Positions 11,941-24,745 of a DNA stretch of 64,000 nucleotides are shown piece by piece. Numbering within the stretch: the first letter of the stretch is position 1; every line of letters begins with the position of its first letter. The DNA is from Octopus bimaculoides (Eukaryota), in assembly GCF_001194135.2 (NCBI RefSeq), contig NC_068983.1, forward strand, positions 67,251,249 through 67,315,248, read 5' to 3'. Position numbers and translations under genes: made by a program. The notes below the pieces were generated by a model that made no database searches, was not told the DNA's origin, and saw nothing but the letters and a program-made list of their open reading frames with translations.

Positions 11941-14607
11941 TGAGTGTTTTAATTATCTGTTGTTCATGACTAGAGAGGGTGTGTAATATGGGAATTTTGT
12001 TTATAAATGTAGTGATTAAGGCATTTAACTGTTGAAAGAAAATTGACTACCATGTTTCCATTTAAAGATTCTCTCACTGTTTCTGTTTGTGGATTCAATG
12101 TCTGGAATGAACTAGTTAGGCTGTGTTTAAATAATGCCTGTATGTAGTAGATTAAGTTTAGGAGAAGAATATCATTCAACTAACACTGGGTGATAACAGT
12201 GGTATTTAATCATATAACTATTTTTGTTTTGAAAACACTTTATATCATGAATTTTATTGTTTCACCTGTCAGTCTAAGACGTAAATTATTCATTTAAAAG
12301 AGGATGAAAAACTGCTACCAAAATTTTAATAATGAAAGTTATTTTGAAAATTTTGGAATTTTCAAAATAAATTTGTTTGTAAGTATGCTGAATATGAAAT
12401 ATTTTCTCTAATGAGAAAGTCTGTTCCAGAGCTGATGTTAAAGGCTATTTAGCTGTTGTAACTGTACCCACTAAATGTTTAATAACAAAGATTAAGGGGA
12501 AACAATGGATCTTTGTCATAGTACTGAACTAAGTAATATATAGAGGGTTTGATGATTAAACAGTCTAAAGTTAAAATTCTGCTATGACTTACTATTTAAC
12601 ACTGGACTCATAACATTTCTGAGTTTGAGATATACCATAACCATTTAGTTATATTATGTGTTATATGTTTGTTTTAGTATTGTTTTGCCAGAGCTAGATA
12701 CTCAAAAATTGTATTTGGGATTTCTAATCCATCTGAAGAATAACTGCAGATTTTATTTTAGTACATCTATTATATCATTGAATGTTCTCTAGTTTGATCT
12801 CTTAATAATACAAATTAAATAACATCTAATTTTCAAGAGAAATCGGTAAATTTATTATGTTGCTATATACATAATTTAGTAATGGAGCTATTAGAGCAAA
12901 GCTTCTTAATTATACATTAGCTGGCTAGGCTGATACACTCTAGTCATTTATTTTCAACTCTAACCCTAAGTTCTCTATAAATAATATATATATATATATA
13001 AACAAAGAATAAGAGTTGTCATACAACGGAACAAAGAATATTTCTCTAGTTCTCTTTGAAGATATTTCAGTGTAAGGCGTTTAATTTTTGAGGGTGGAGG
13101 TGGGTCATGTGTATGTTTTTATAGATTACATGAGACCTTAACTATAATAAATATAACATTGAATTAATGTAATTTTTTCTAAATGGCAAATGGTTGAAAT
13201 TGAATTCTATTCCAAATGTGAGAGAATTTTGTTTTTACTATTGAATATTTTATGCTTTCTATAAAATCTCGAAAAGTATTTCAGAAACATGTTAGAAAGA
13301 TCTCAATACACAAATTGAAGTTCATTAAATTTTATCATATTCCAGCATGTCCTTCAATTATTTTCTTTTGTTAGTTATATTTGTTGTTTTTGTTTGTCAA
13401 ATATATATGCATTATTTTTGTGTATATGTGTATTCATTGATGTACATGTAGCCTTTGGTGAGTATATATCTACATGCATACATGCATAGTTAAAGCACTT
13501 AAGCTACTCATGTATGATATCAAAGAAATGTATTTTGTATTTGTAACTATGTGATGAAATGGAATTTTCTGTTCATACAAAGTAAATAGAGTTGCAATAT
13601 GAATCAGGCTCTTAGATTATTTGTAGTTGCTTATTTTCATAAGTATTCTGCTTATGACCTTGCACAGAACAGCTAATGGTATTAGCTGGTCTACCACGAC
13701 TGAATCAAGAGATCCCTGACATTTGTGAGGATTCAGTTAAAGTATGTGACTAATGTGACTAGAATAACAAATAACTTTAGCATTTGTCATATAGAATGCA
13801 ATTGTTATTTTTATGGTAGGTATTAATTTTTCATTGGAGATAAGCTGGTGTTTGATAATATTAAATACATTTAACAGTCTAGTGAAACCTGTACTTAAAC
13901 TTTCATTGATTTCAAATATTACCATATCTGTTTGGATGATTGTATGAAATGTCTCTTCTCTACTCTTCCTTGTGGTTAAGTATGCACACACACATGTATA
14001 CACACACATACACTTCCACTAATGTTTACTCAAGAGAATTTAGGATATATTTTCATTGACCAAGACCCATAGTTCAATGATGTAAAAAGATTTTGGTTTA
14101 CCATACTAAGTACTAAAATATATTGTATTTCTAATTGTATAAATTTTTGTGACTTTATGAATAACTATACACAAAACTATATTACTAATTGAATAATTAA
14201 GAATATATTTTGATTGTTCTTTTCAGTCCAATTCAATTTTTTATATCATTTTATTTTTTGTAAGTATTTTTCAAATGCAATGTAAAGTTCTTAAAAATCT
14301 ACCTGTCAAGATTCATGTTCATACAGAATATGTATAAAAATACATTTAGAGAGAAATTGAATACAAGCATTAAATCATACTGAAGTTTTGTCTGTGTGAT
14401 AGTGAACTATAAGACTATAAAACAATACTTCAAAGACATTTTTTTTTGTATATTTAATTACTAACATTTTTATGTATTTAACTACCAGTCTGTATTATCA
14501 TTTTAGATCCTTCACCTTTCTACTTATATATTTCTTCTTTTCTGTCTTTACTGTACCACATTTATGAAATATTTGTTAGATAAACATTTTCAACTCTTTA
14601 TTTGCAA

Positions 14608-14635
14608 ATCATCATCATCATCATTATTATTATTA

Positions 14636-14676
<41 letters not shown>
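14608..14676. repeat. (ATC)n/(ATT)n trinucleotide microsatellite
   Basis: Read directly. Confidence 0.95.
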
Positions 14677-16310
14677 GGTATGTGTGCCTGTGTGTGGGGG
14701 ATGTGTTTTGTATTATGAACATGAAAATACATTTTTTGTCAATTTTCAGTTGTGTGAAAATTATAAAGCTTTCCACTAACACTTGTATTTTTTGACAGGT
14801 TCATTTTTTATCTATTTTATATGTATTATTATTGATCTTTATTGTATTCTGCCTTCTATTTATGATGATGTTGGTAACAGTAGTTGCTAGTTTCACTAAA
14901 ATTACTTGCTCTTTTAAAACAATTCAGATTTTCCCTCTTCCTTATACAGATTATCATTTTGAATGCTATGTCAGTTGATCTAAATGTTATCGTTTACATG
15001 ATTTGTAACAAGTCAAAAATTTTATTATTGCTAATCAGTTGCTTTTATCTGTGCCATAAATCTTGAAATGAGTGAGGCCAGATTGACATCAGTCAATGCA
15101 AACTCAATCCTAAAGCATTAAACAGAAATCTTTATTCCTGAAAAATGCTGTTTTGTTTGTAGTTTGATAAAAGTATGAACATTTATATCTATTTAGTTCA
15201 GCTACTTATTCTTCAGATAAGAAATATATATCAAAAGTACTTTTTAAATAAATACTTAGCTGTATTGAAAATGTTAAATTGTTATAAAGTATTTTCTCTC
15301 ATTTTAAATGTTAAATTACTTTTACTAAACTCATCATCATAGCAATCTTTCATTTACTCATAGACTTATGATTAATTATATAATAATACTCTGCAATATA
15401 GCAAAATATTTTGTCTATATATGAAAATATATAAATGTTGACTGCTATTTATATTGGCAAATAAATTCCTGTACCCATGTGTATGTTACAACATTAAGCA
15501 AACCAATACAATAAAATGTCAATACATGCTTCAATATTATATATCAACCAATATACACTTTAACAAAGTAGAATACTAATCAATGTAAAGATACATCAAA
15601 CTCTTTAGTTCTCCTCTTTCTATTGCACCACACACAAAATAAATATAATCTACTGCTCACATATAGTATTTTTCAGACTTACATGATGGTAGGAAAGCTA
15701 TATAATAGGATGGGTGTAATGATAATAAATAAGCATGTATTTCAGTGAATAAAGTGTAGTCAATCACAGAAATTTAGTTTAGTAATGGATGTTTCCAGCC
15801 AGTTCAGCTACTAAGATCTAAAACATTTCAACTGAAATATTGAACACAACCACTTCAACAATATTGCTTACTTAAAGACTATAGCTTCAACTTTTCAACT
15901 CTAGATCCATACAAAATAGCTCTTGTGGCAGGCCAGTGTTGTGATACAATTTGAACCGCAACAGTTTAAAAGACAAAACCATTCTATTGGAGGGACATAA
16001 GGAAACACTCATGATATTCATAGAATGTATCAACATAAATTGTATGATAGCATGGCATGTTTATACTTTGTTACATGACTGATACAGTAGTGAAGAACAA
16101 ATTATTGAGTTTTGCAAACTGTAATGGCTATTTGAGTGTAATAATATATTCATAGCAGTGTGCAAAGTTTTTTCTAACCAAGGTATACTTTTGTAACAAT
16201 AAACAGTTTGTATCAATATTTACATAAATCCTAGGAAAAGCAATACATAATTTTTCAATACCTATATTTATGTTTTGCTATAGTATTTTCAATTACACTT
16301 ACACACACAC

Positions 16311-16530
16311 NNNNNNNNNNNNNNNNNNNNNNNNNNNNNNNNNNNNNNNNNNNNNNNNNNNNNNNNNNNNNNNNNNNNNNNNNNNNNNNNNNNNNNNNNN
16401 NNNNNNNNNNNNNNNNNNNNNNNNNNNNNNNNNNNNNNNNNNNNNNNNNNNNNNNNNNNNNNNNNNNNNNNNNNNNNNNNNNNNNNNNNNNNNNNNNNNN
16501 NNNNNNNNNNNNNNNNNNNNNNNNNNNNNN
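16311..16530. other. assembly gap (220 N) next to a (CA)n run
   Basis: N run. Confidence 1.
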
Positions 16531-16544
16531 TTCAAATGAAAACA

Positions 16545-16925
16545 ATCTTAGCATGACTGTGTGGTAAGAAGCTTGCTTACCAACCACATGATTCCCTGTT
16601 CAGTTCTACTGTGTGGCACCTTGGGCAAATGTCTTCTACTATAGCTTTGGGGTGACCAAAGCCTTGTGAGTGGATTTTGTAGATGGAAACTGGAAGAAGC
16701 CCATCATATATGTATGTATATATTTGTGCATGTATTTGTTTTTGTCCCCCACTATCGCTTGACAACCGATATTAGTGTATTTATGTCCCAATAACTCAGC
16801 AGTTCAGCAAAAGAGGCTGATGGAATAAGTACTAGGCTTACAAAGAATAAGTTCTGGGGGCAATTTGTTTGACTAAAGGCGGTGCTCCAGCATGGCCACA
16901 GTCAAATGACTGAAACAAGTAAAGT
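16545..16925 (+). mobile_element. SINE family A
   Basis: Colinear with 1920-2320. Confidence 0.87.
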
Positions 16926-17429
16926 AATAAAGGAATCTTCAATCTTTTCATTATTTTTCTACTTAAACATTATTGTTGCTTTGATAGGAAAACAAAAAGC
17001 AATATTTTTTATATATAAATAAGATGGATCAGGAATTTTTTTTAAATATCAGTTTTATTATCGAAACATTCTTGTAACTAATTTAATCTAAAACAATAAA
17101 CTGATATATTCTAGAATAAATTAAAAAGTAGAACGGATGATTGGTGGTATGTGGTTTTTGAAAGTTGTGGTAATACTGTGCATGTGTGTATATATATATA
17201 TATATATTTGAATATTGGATATGTTCATAGTAGTTAGCCTATGAAGCACGTTCACTGCCTATAGCTGTCTGATGTCATCCACAGTATTTACACAATTGTC
17301 ATTGAATCTATCTCAGTAATTCCTCAGTGTTCTTTGAGTATGTAACATTTACATCTCTATCATTTGATATATTCCACTTTCTGTCCCTATCATTTGTTAT
17401 ATATATAAAACAAGCATGCACATGCGCAA

Positions 17430-18350
17430 CTGGACCCTTTCAACCAGTTTCCTTCCCTCTTATGATGTCACCTACCACTACCGAGAATCTCCCTAAGTAC
17501 AGATCTTCTTTGGTACCTCTTAATTTTCTTATCACCTAAAATGATTTCAATCCTTATCCATTAATACTTTTCTCTCCCCCTACACTTTCAATGATACACC
17601 TTGCCACTGAGCCACCAAATTGCCTCTCCGACATACATCTCTCTTTCTGCTCAGGCACTACACTTACCTCTCTCTCCACACACACACTCCATACCCAACC
17701 ACATGTTATCTCTTCCATTCTTCTTCTGTCTAATGTATTATCATTACAATTCTGCTGATCTATACTGTCAGTCATCTCTTGATCCTTTTACCTCCCCTAA
17801 CTCATTGCCATCCATCCCTTAATCCTACCAAATCTTTGCAGTGGTTGTCTCTCTTCTCTCACCTATTCCCCATTGCTCACTCAACCATATTCCCCTGCAA
17901 TCTCCACCCTGCCACACTCCTGGTCTCTGTTCCATTTCTACCCACCCAGTACCTTGAGGGTCCACTCTGACACCAATATTTTTATCTTTTTCCAACTCCT
18001 CCCTGATCACATCCTCCCTGTCTGTGAAGTTGTGAGTATTATGCAGCTACTGGTCTGCTCTGGCGCTGTCTCATACTTTTACCTCCCATCTCCTTACATG
18101 AAACTGCCCCTCCTCCCCTCTGGGTCCATAGCTTGCAAGCTGAATAGCAATCTCACTAGTGCTGGTGACTTGGAAAAACCACAGAGTATCAACTGCAAAG
18201 TGTTTGGTATTACGAAATGCATCCAACTGTAGAAATTATGCTAAAACAGACTGGAGTACAATGCAGTCTTTTGGCCTGGCAGAAACTTTCAAACAACCTA
18301 ACCCATGCCAGCCTGGAACATGGACATTAAATGATGATGATGATGAAGAT
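17430..18350 (+). mobile_element. RTE-LINE 3' UTR remnant (CT-rich region plus conserved terminal segment and (GAT)n tail)
   Basis: Terminal segment ...cccatgccagcctggaacatggacattaaatgatgatgatg matches the tail at 7680-7815; CT-rich part resembles the reverse complement of 21780-22560. Confidence 0.7.
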
Positions 18351-19157
18351 TTATGCTTCTAATGAATATGTTTATTGCTAATCTACATCTTATACATCCA
18401 GAAACCTATAGTAGTAATCACAGGCTGACATAAATTCAAATCTTTTCTCACTAATCTTACTGAAAGTTACAGCATACATTATATATATATGAACAACTTT
18501 AAATATGTGTGTATTTACATATTTATACTTGTAAATATTTTCATATCTGAATCTAAGTGACATACTTGCAATAAAAATATAATGTAATAAGTTGATGCTG
18601 ATTATGGAATGGTTTTATTGAAATAGTAGTTCAGTGTAGTGAAGTTGTACACTACAAATATAAAGAAGTTAGTTTCTTATTTTTCCTATGAACAAAATGC
18701 TTGCTTTATTTTTTAGTAATATTTAATTAATGTAATTTTAAATATAAACTTCATGTCTTTTGTATGATTGTTTGTTGTTAAATAGCCTTGATTATCTATT
18801 TTGAGGATATGTGTGGGATAGAGATTGTCATTCAAACACTTAACAACAACTCACATAAATCTAGCTTCCCAAATACATTGATATGTAACATACAGGTCTG
18901 AGTTAAACATTAATGCTTCATCTATTGCTATCATTTTTTTAGAACAACCTTTAATGCTGCCGTGAAATTTAGAAGTTAAAACATGTTCGTAATTTTAAAT
19001 ACACTGGGAAATTTGTTGATAAAGTTTGTTATATAAATGCTTGGTACGCTACGATTGGACATATCAAATATTTATACAAAATCCCTTGCACTGAACCATA
19101 TTCACTGAATGCACCACTTGCAACAATGTAAAACCAATTTCTTCAGTTAACAAATCA

Positions 19158-19522
19158 AACAAGAGCACTTAGAGAGTGCAAACCTCCTCCAAGGCAACAC
19201 CAATGCCCTTTCAACGATTAACCAGAGATGATTTTTAAAATGAGAATATCTGAAATAATCATGACTGCTCTCTCAAATGAGAATACTAAAAATGAGCCCA
19301 ACCGCTCTTAAAAATTAAGTAAAAAACAAGAAAAATAATCCAGAATCCTTGTCCGGTACTGAATCGATCTCAAAATCTAATCAGTTCGTGCCAGTCATGA
19401 GGCCAAACATCTCTGAAAGTTTCGTCCAAATCCATCCAGTGGTTCTTTAGCTATCTTGTCCATGGACAAACAAACAAATAAATGCAACTGAAAACAATAC
19501 CTTCACTAAGGCAGAGGTAATA
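19158..19522 (+). mobile_element. non-autonomous Helentron-type (HINE-like) element
   Basis: 5' aacaagagcacttagagagtgcaaACCTCCTCCaagg; 3' acCTTCACTaaGGCAGAGGTaat, i.e. a subterminal inverted repeat plus an imperfect 3' hairpin; short (CAAA)n run near the 3' end. Family assignment is from recall. Confidence 0.55.
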
Positions 19523-21524
19523 AAATGCAACTGGTCATTAAAGACTACAACCTTCCACACAAGGTTTTCATATACACTCAGTTTCAAGCTATCTTGTATC
19601 ATCCTTTCCTGAATACCATATCTTCTGTATTTAAATTATAAGCAGAAGTATTTTAAAATATTAATTCTTATCATTCATACTAACCTAACGTGTTATTATA
19701 TTCCATATACACTGAATTAATAATTCATTATGCATAGTAACAGTTTATTGCTGCTTAGCAATATCAAATTTAAATTAAAAGCTATACTACTTAAAAACAA
19801 GCCTGTTAAAATGGTGCAATCGAAAGTTGTAATTGATAATAAATTTATTTATTCTTTGGGATGTTGTTGTTCGGCAATAGTTGCAGATGATTTAGTGGAG
19901 TAGATAGTTCCTATTATCTAATAAATGAATAAAAGAAAACAAGCAAACATTTATAACTAGCTAAAATAAAATGAAAAAACAGGCACTTTTACAGCAGGCT
20001 AAAGTAAAATTATAATTAAAAAACTAAAATATAAATTAAAATTTGATTCATACATCAACAGACATAAATGTACTGATAGCTATTAGGACAGGTGGCAATA
20101 TAATATTGTTCTTTATTTCACATGGTACTTTTTTTTGCATGATTAATTTTTTAACCAAACATAAAGAATTAATATTCTAAAATGTATAGTGGAAATCATT
20201 AAACAAAACTGAATGATGCAGATTTAGAGGAAGGTATACAGAGAAGTTTCAATCAAGATTCTTTAAAATTTGACCTACCAAGTAGGGAGATTACCATTTG
20301 TTGTTTCCAACAACAAATAGTAAAAGTCAGAAAGGGAAAGAATAAAACAAATTACAGAAATACTGCAATTTTTTTACTCAGAAAGAAAAGGAAAAATTTT
20401 TAAAATATATATGAAAAGAAAAGAAAACTAAAAACAAAGAACAAATTTTTCTTTATATTCTAAAAACTGATTGAAAATATAATGGGTTGAGGAGTACATA
20501 CTGCTTTCTGTTTTTTTTCCTTTCATTCCTTCTACTAGTTTTATTCAAATCAAAAGATGTCTTGTTTGATCAAATGTTAACTCTGAAAACTTTGTAAATG
20601 CAGTTTTGTTAATTTTAATAAAAAAAATTCATTAAAGAAGAGGATAATTCTTTCTTTGTCTCTCTCTCTCTCTCTCTCTCACTCATTTTTTTTTTTTTTT
20701 TCAATATATTCCTATCAGTTTAGTTATCCTACAGAATAATAGTGATTTTGCAGAATAATGTTGCTTAAACCGAACTATAATTATTTTCTCATTTTACCGT
20801 GCTTTATTCAATGGAAATTTCATTTAACAAAGAAACAATGAAGTTAAATGAAGAGAGTCTTATTTAGCATTTTGTTTTACCTGAAATAATTTTTTTCATA
20901 TTGACTTCTTTTATTCTTTATTTTTTTTTCTTAATTTATCATTATATTATATTTGATAGCCTATCTCCTTGTCCTATACCTATTATTTTACTTTCAACCT
21001 AATTTTGACTAAATAATACTTTGCTTACTATCAAATTATGACTGTAAAAATGCAACTCGGTATAACAGTTTTGATACAAGCAATAAGAATTAGATTGCCA
21101 CCAATTTAAAGGTTAATTTATTTTGAGCCAACCTGACTAATCATAGTTGCAATCATTTTATGGCAAAAATGAGGATTTCGTTTTGAAAAACTCAGTTTCT
21201 ATAAAACCTTACTATACCTTTGCCATGGAAGTGCATAGATTTTTATCCACAAATATGCCACCAATCATGTTCATTTCTGTCTATTACTTGTTACATTAAT
21301 ACTGTGGATAGTTAGGGATATTAGCCAGAATATAGTGACTAAAGGCAAAAAATGTTATCAATAGGCTTTCTAACTTCTTAAACTGAAACTTGTAGATGTT
21401 TGTTTTATATTCAGAAATAAATAACAATATCTTACTCTAAACTGAATTACATACTCTAAATTGTACCATTGCCAAAATGGTGTTTACTATTCTTATTTCA
21501 TCAGCATCATCTTCCTGCTATGGT

Positions 21525-23110
21525 CCATCATCATCATCATTGTTTAACGTTGTCCTTCCATGGTTTGGATGGTTTGACAGGAGCTGGCCAGGTGGAAGCT
21601 TGCACCATGCCTCTGTGTCTGTTTTGGCATGGTTTTTATAGTTGGATGCCCTTCCTAACACCAACTACTCCATAGAGTAGGCTGAGTGCTTTTTAGGTGG
21701 CACTCACACAAGCGAGCATTTTACAGCTGGATGCCCTTCCAAATGTCAACCACTATATTGTGTGGACTGAGTGCTTTTTAATTTGCACCTGCACTGACAG
21801 GGTCACCAAGTAACTTGCAAGACAAAAATCTTTTGAGAGGGGAGGGGGCACTGGAGGAGGTGATCTTGTATCAGATGATGAAATGTTATAGTGAGACAGA
21901 GAGACAGAAACAGGCATCTTGCTGTAGAGGAGGTATAAGGTTACTCTTCCCAAGAGAGAGAGAGAGCAGGGGTCAGGAATGAGGACAGAAACAGGTATGC
22001 TGCTGCAAAGGGGATACATAACCTGAAAGAAGTTCAGGAGGAGAGAGAGTGGGAGACATCAGGATAGAAATGGTGGCAACGTACCGGGCATACTCACAAG
22101 GGACAAGGATCAGAGTATAAATGGGATGGTTGAGTAAAGGCAGAGAGAGATATAGATGGTGGCAAGTGCCAGGGCATACCCTTGAAGTTCAAAGGTCATA
22201 ATATAAGTGGAAGGATAGAGCCAAAGAAGAGTGATTTGAAAGTGGGGAGTGGAAGTGAGTGATGTGTGGGGAGAGTACTAGATAGCAATGATACAGAGAA
22301 ACAGGGCTGTGAGGACAGGATGACAGGGTTGGGGAGTGAGAGGTAGGCATAGTGCAAGAAGGAGGAAATGTGAGGAAGAGAAGAGATATAGATTGGTTTG
22401 TTGGAGTAGGGTAAGTGAAAAGTTTTCTTGTTACATGTGGGCGGAACACACAAGTTGGGGGCTGGCGGAAAGCAATGATATAGATGTAGTTTGGTTTGTT
22501 GCAATAGGGTGTGTAAGAACTTTTCTTATGTGTGGGTGGGACACACACTGCTTCTGAAACTCAGTTTTGCTGACTTAGGCGGGTCTTCTCAAGAACCTCA
22601 TATCGCCAGACATCTTATTCCATTACCATTTCCTCTGTGAAACCCAACACCCTAAGAGCTGTCCTTACCACTTCATCCCATATTTTCCTGGGTCTCCCTC
22701 TTCCACAGGTACCATCCACTTTCAGTGATCAGGACTTCTTTATGCAACTGTCCCTATTCATACGCATCACATGTCCAAAGCAATGTAGTCTTCTCTTTTG
22801 TATGCTACATTTTATTCTTCTTATGCCCAACTTTTCTCTCAATACATTTTCACTTTGTCGTACATGTGCATTGATGCTGCACATCCAATGGAGCATACTG
22901 CCTTCATTTCTCTCCAGTCTACACATGTCTTCTCCATTCAAAGCCCATGTCTCACTACCATGGAATATAGCTGTTCACACACAAGCAACATAGTCTACCT
23001 TTCACTCTCAAAGAGAGTCTTTTTATTGCCATCAAAGTTAATAGCTCTCTGAACTTCTTCCACTCTATTTTTATTCTAGAAACAATACTTTCAGAGCATC
23101 CTCCACCATT
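21525..23110 (-). mobile_element. RTE-clade LINE 3' portion (RT C-terminus plus about 1-kb 3' UTR, (CAT)n tail)
   Basis: ORF 22729-22941 (RLERNEGSMLHWMC...LREKLGIRRIKCSIQKRRLHCFGHVMRM) is homologous to 6731-6970. Confidence 0.88.
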
Positions 23111-24399
23111 GCTAGTTTGATTACCTAATATAATATGATATATATGCAAAGATTGATTACTCATTTCTCTGAATCTCAGAGAAAACAATGGCTTATAGCT
23201 GTTTATAGTGTACATGAACTTCGATAAGCTAATTTGCATGATGGTGCAAGTGCAAGCAACCTGATTCTTGATTTACTATACAGTTTATAAACTGGGATGT
23301 ACTATATACTTGTAGTATGTATTTTCAGGGAACACATATCTTTTTAACTTCACTTTTTTGTATCCTAGCCACACAGAGAAAAACATGGTATTTACTTTTC
23401 ACTGCCAGGCAAAAAACATATACTTTCTAAAGATAAATATACACCCTAAGTTTACTTTTTATATCTCTATTTAGATTTCTAGTCACTTTTTTCTATTTTT
23501 GTTTTCAACCTTTAGAATTTGGTAATGTAAAACTAATATTTTCAAAAGCAGCAATATTTGTTTCCTTATTTAAATGTGTATGATTTAAGTTCAAGATTTT
23601 GTAGTTCTATTTACATGAAATTACATTGTATTATGGTCAAACACATCATATAATTTGGACAAGACATTGCTTTTATTCCTATAATAATAGGTGACCCATT
23701 CAGCTAGGGCACCAGCATGTCACTAAAACTGAAAATTCTTCTTTTCAAGAAGACCCTTGAAAAATCTCCAAATACTATAACTTTCCTTTTTACTTTCTTT
23801 GTCTTTTATGTCATTTGTAATGCTAGAAGTACAGGAAAAGCACATCTTTGTTTAATACTGATGGTAAATTGTTATTACATTAAGAGGTAAAAGACTATAT
23901 GATGTTATATGTAAATATCTATTAGTCAAAGAAAACTCAGTGAAGAACTTAATCAATGTGAAAAACTGTCCAAGTAAATATCAAATGAAGTGTGTTCATT
24001 CCAAAGAATTATTTCAGTGTCAGCAGTATCCCACTTCACATCTAACATGAAATAGCTTACAAATTTATTTTTAGCACATTTTACAGTTTATTATTTAGTC
24101 TAATCACTCATCTTCCAATCCGCTGTAAATGACTTCAGTCTTTGGTATAGGTAACATGATCTCCATAATCTTTTGTCTTTATGCGTTGTTACTATACTTT
24201 CTGTTTACCTATTGTTATTTGCTTTCACTCATTATCTTTAATAGAAATTACTGCAAGTTATGTTGACAGATATAAAAGATGTTGAACTGATAGCTTTAAA
24301 ACTACCAAATATCTAACAAATGTTTCTCTGTACAGTTTTAATTTACAAGTTTGTCAGTGTCTCTGAGAGTAAGTTTTCCCTAAATTCTAGTATTTCTCA

Positions 24400-24745
24400 A
24401 TGGGTCTGCTTTCCATGCTAGCATGGGTTGGACGATTTGACTGAGGACTGGTGAACCAGATGGCTACATCAGGCTCCAATCTGATTTGGCAGAGGTCCTA
24501 CAGCTGGATGCCCTTCTAACGCCAACCACTCCGAGAGTGTAGTGGGTGCTTTTACATGCCACCAGCACGAAGGCCAGTCAGGAGGTACTGGCAACGGCCA
24601 TGCTCGAAATGGTGTATTTTATGTGACACCTGCACAGGAGCCAGTCCAGCGGTACTGGCAACGAACTCGCTCGAATGTCTTTTCACGTGCCAGGAAGGCG
24701 ACGTTGGTAATGATCATGCTCAAATGGTGCTATTTACGTGCCATT
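24400..24745 (-). mobile_element. RTE 3'-tail fragment with an internal tandem duplication of about 66 bp
   Basis: catgctagcatgggttggacg...gatgcccttctaacgccaaccact matches the other RTE tails. Confidence 0.8.
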
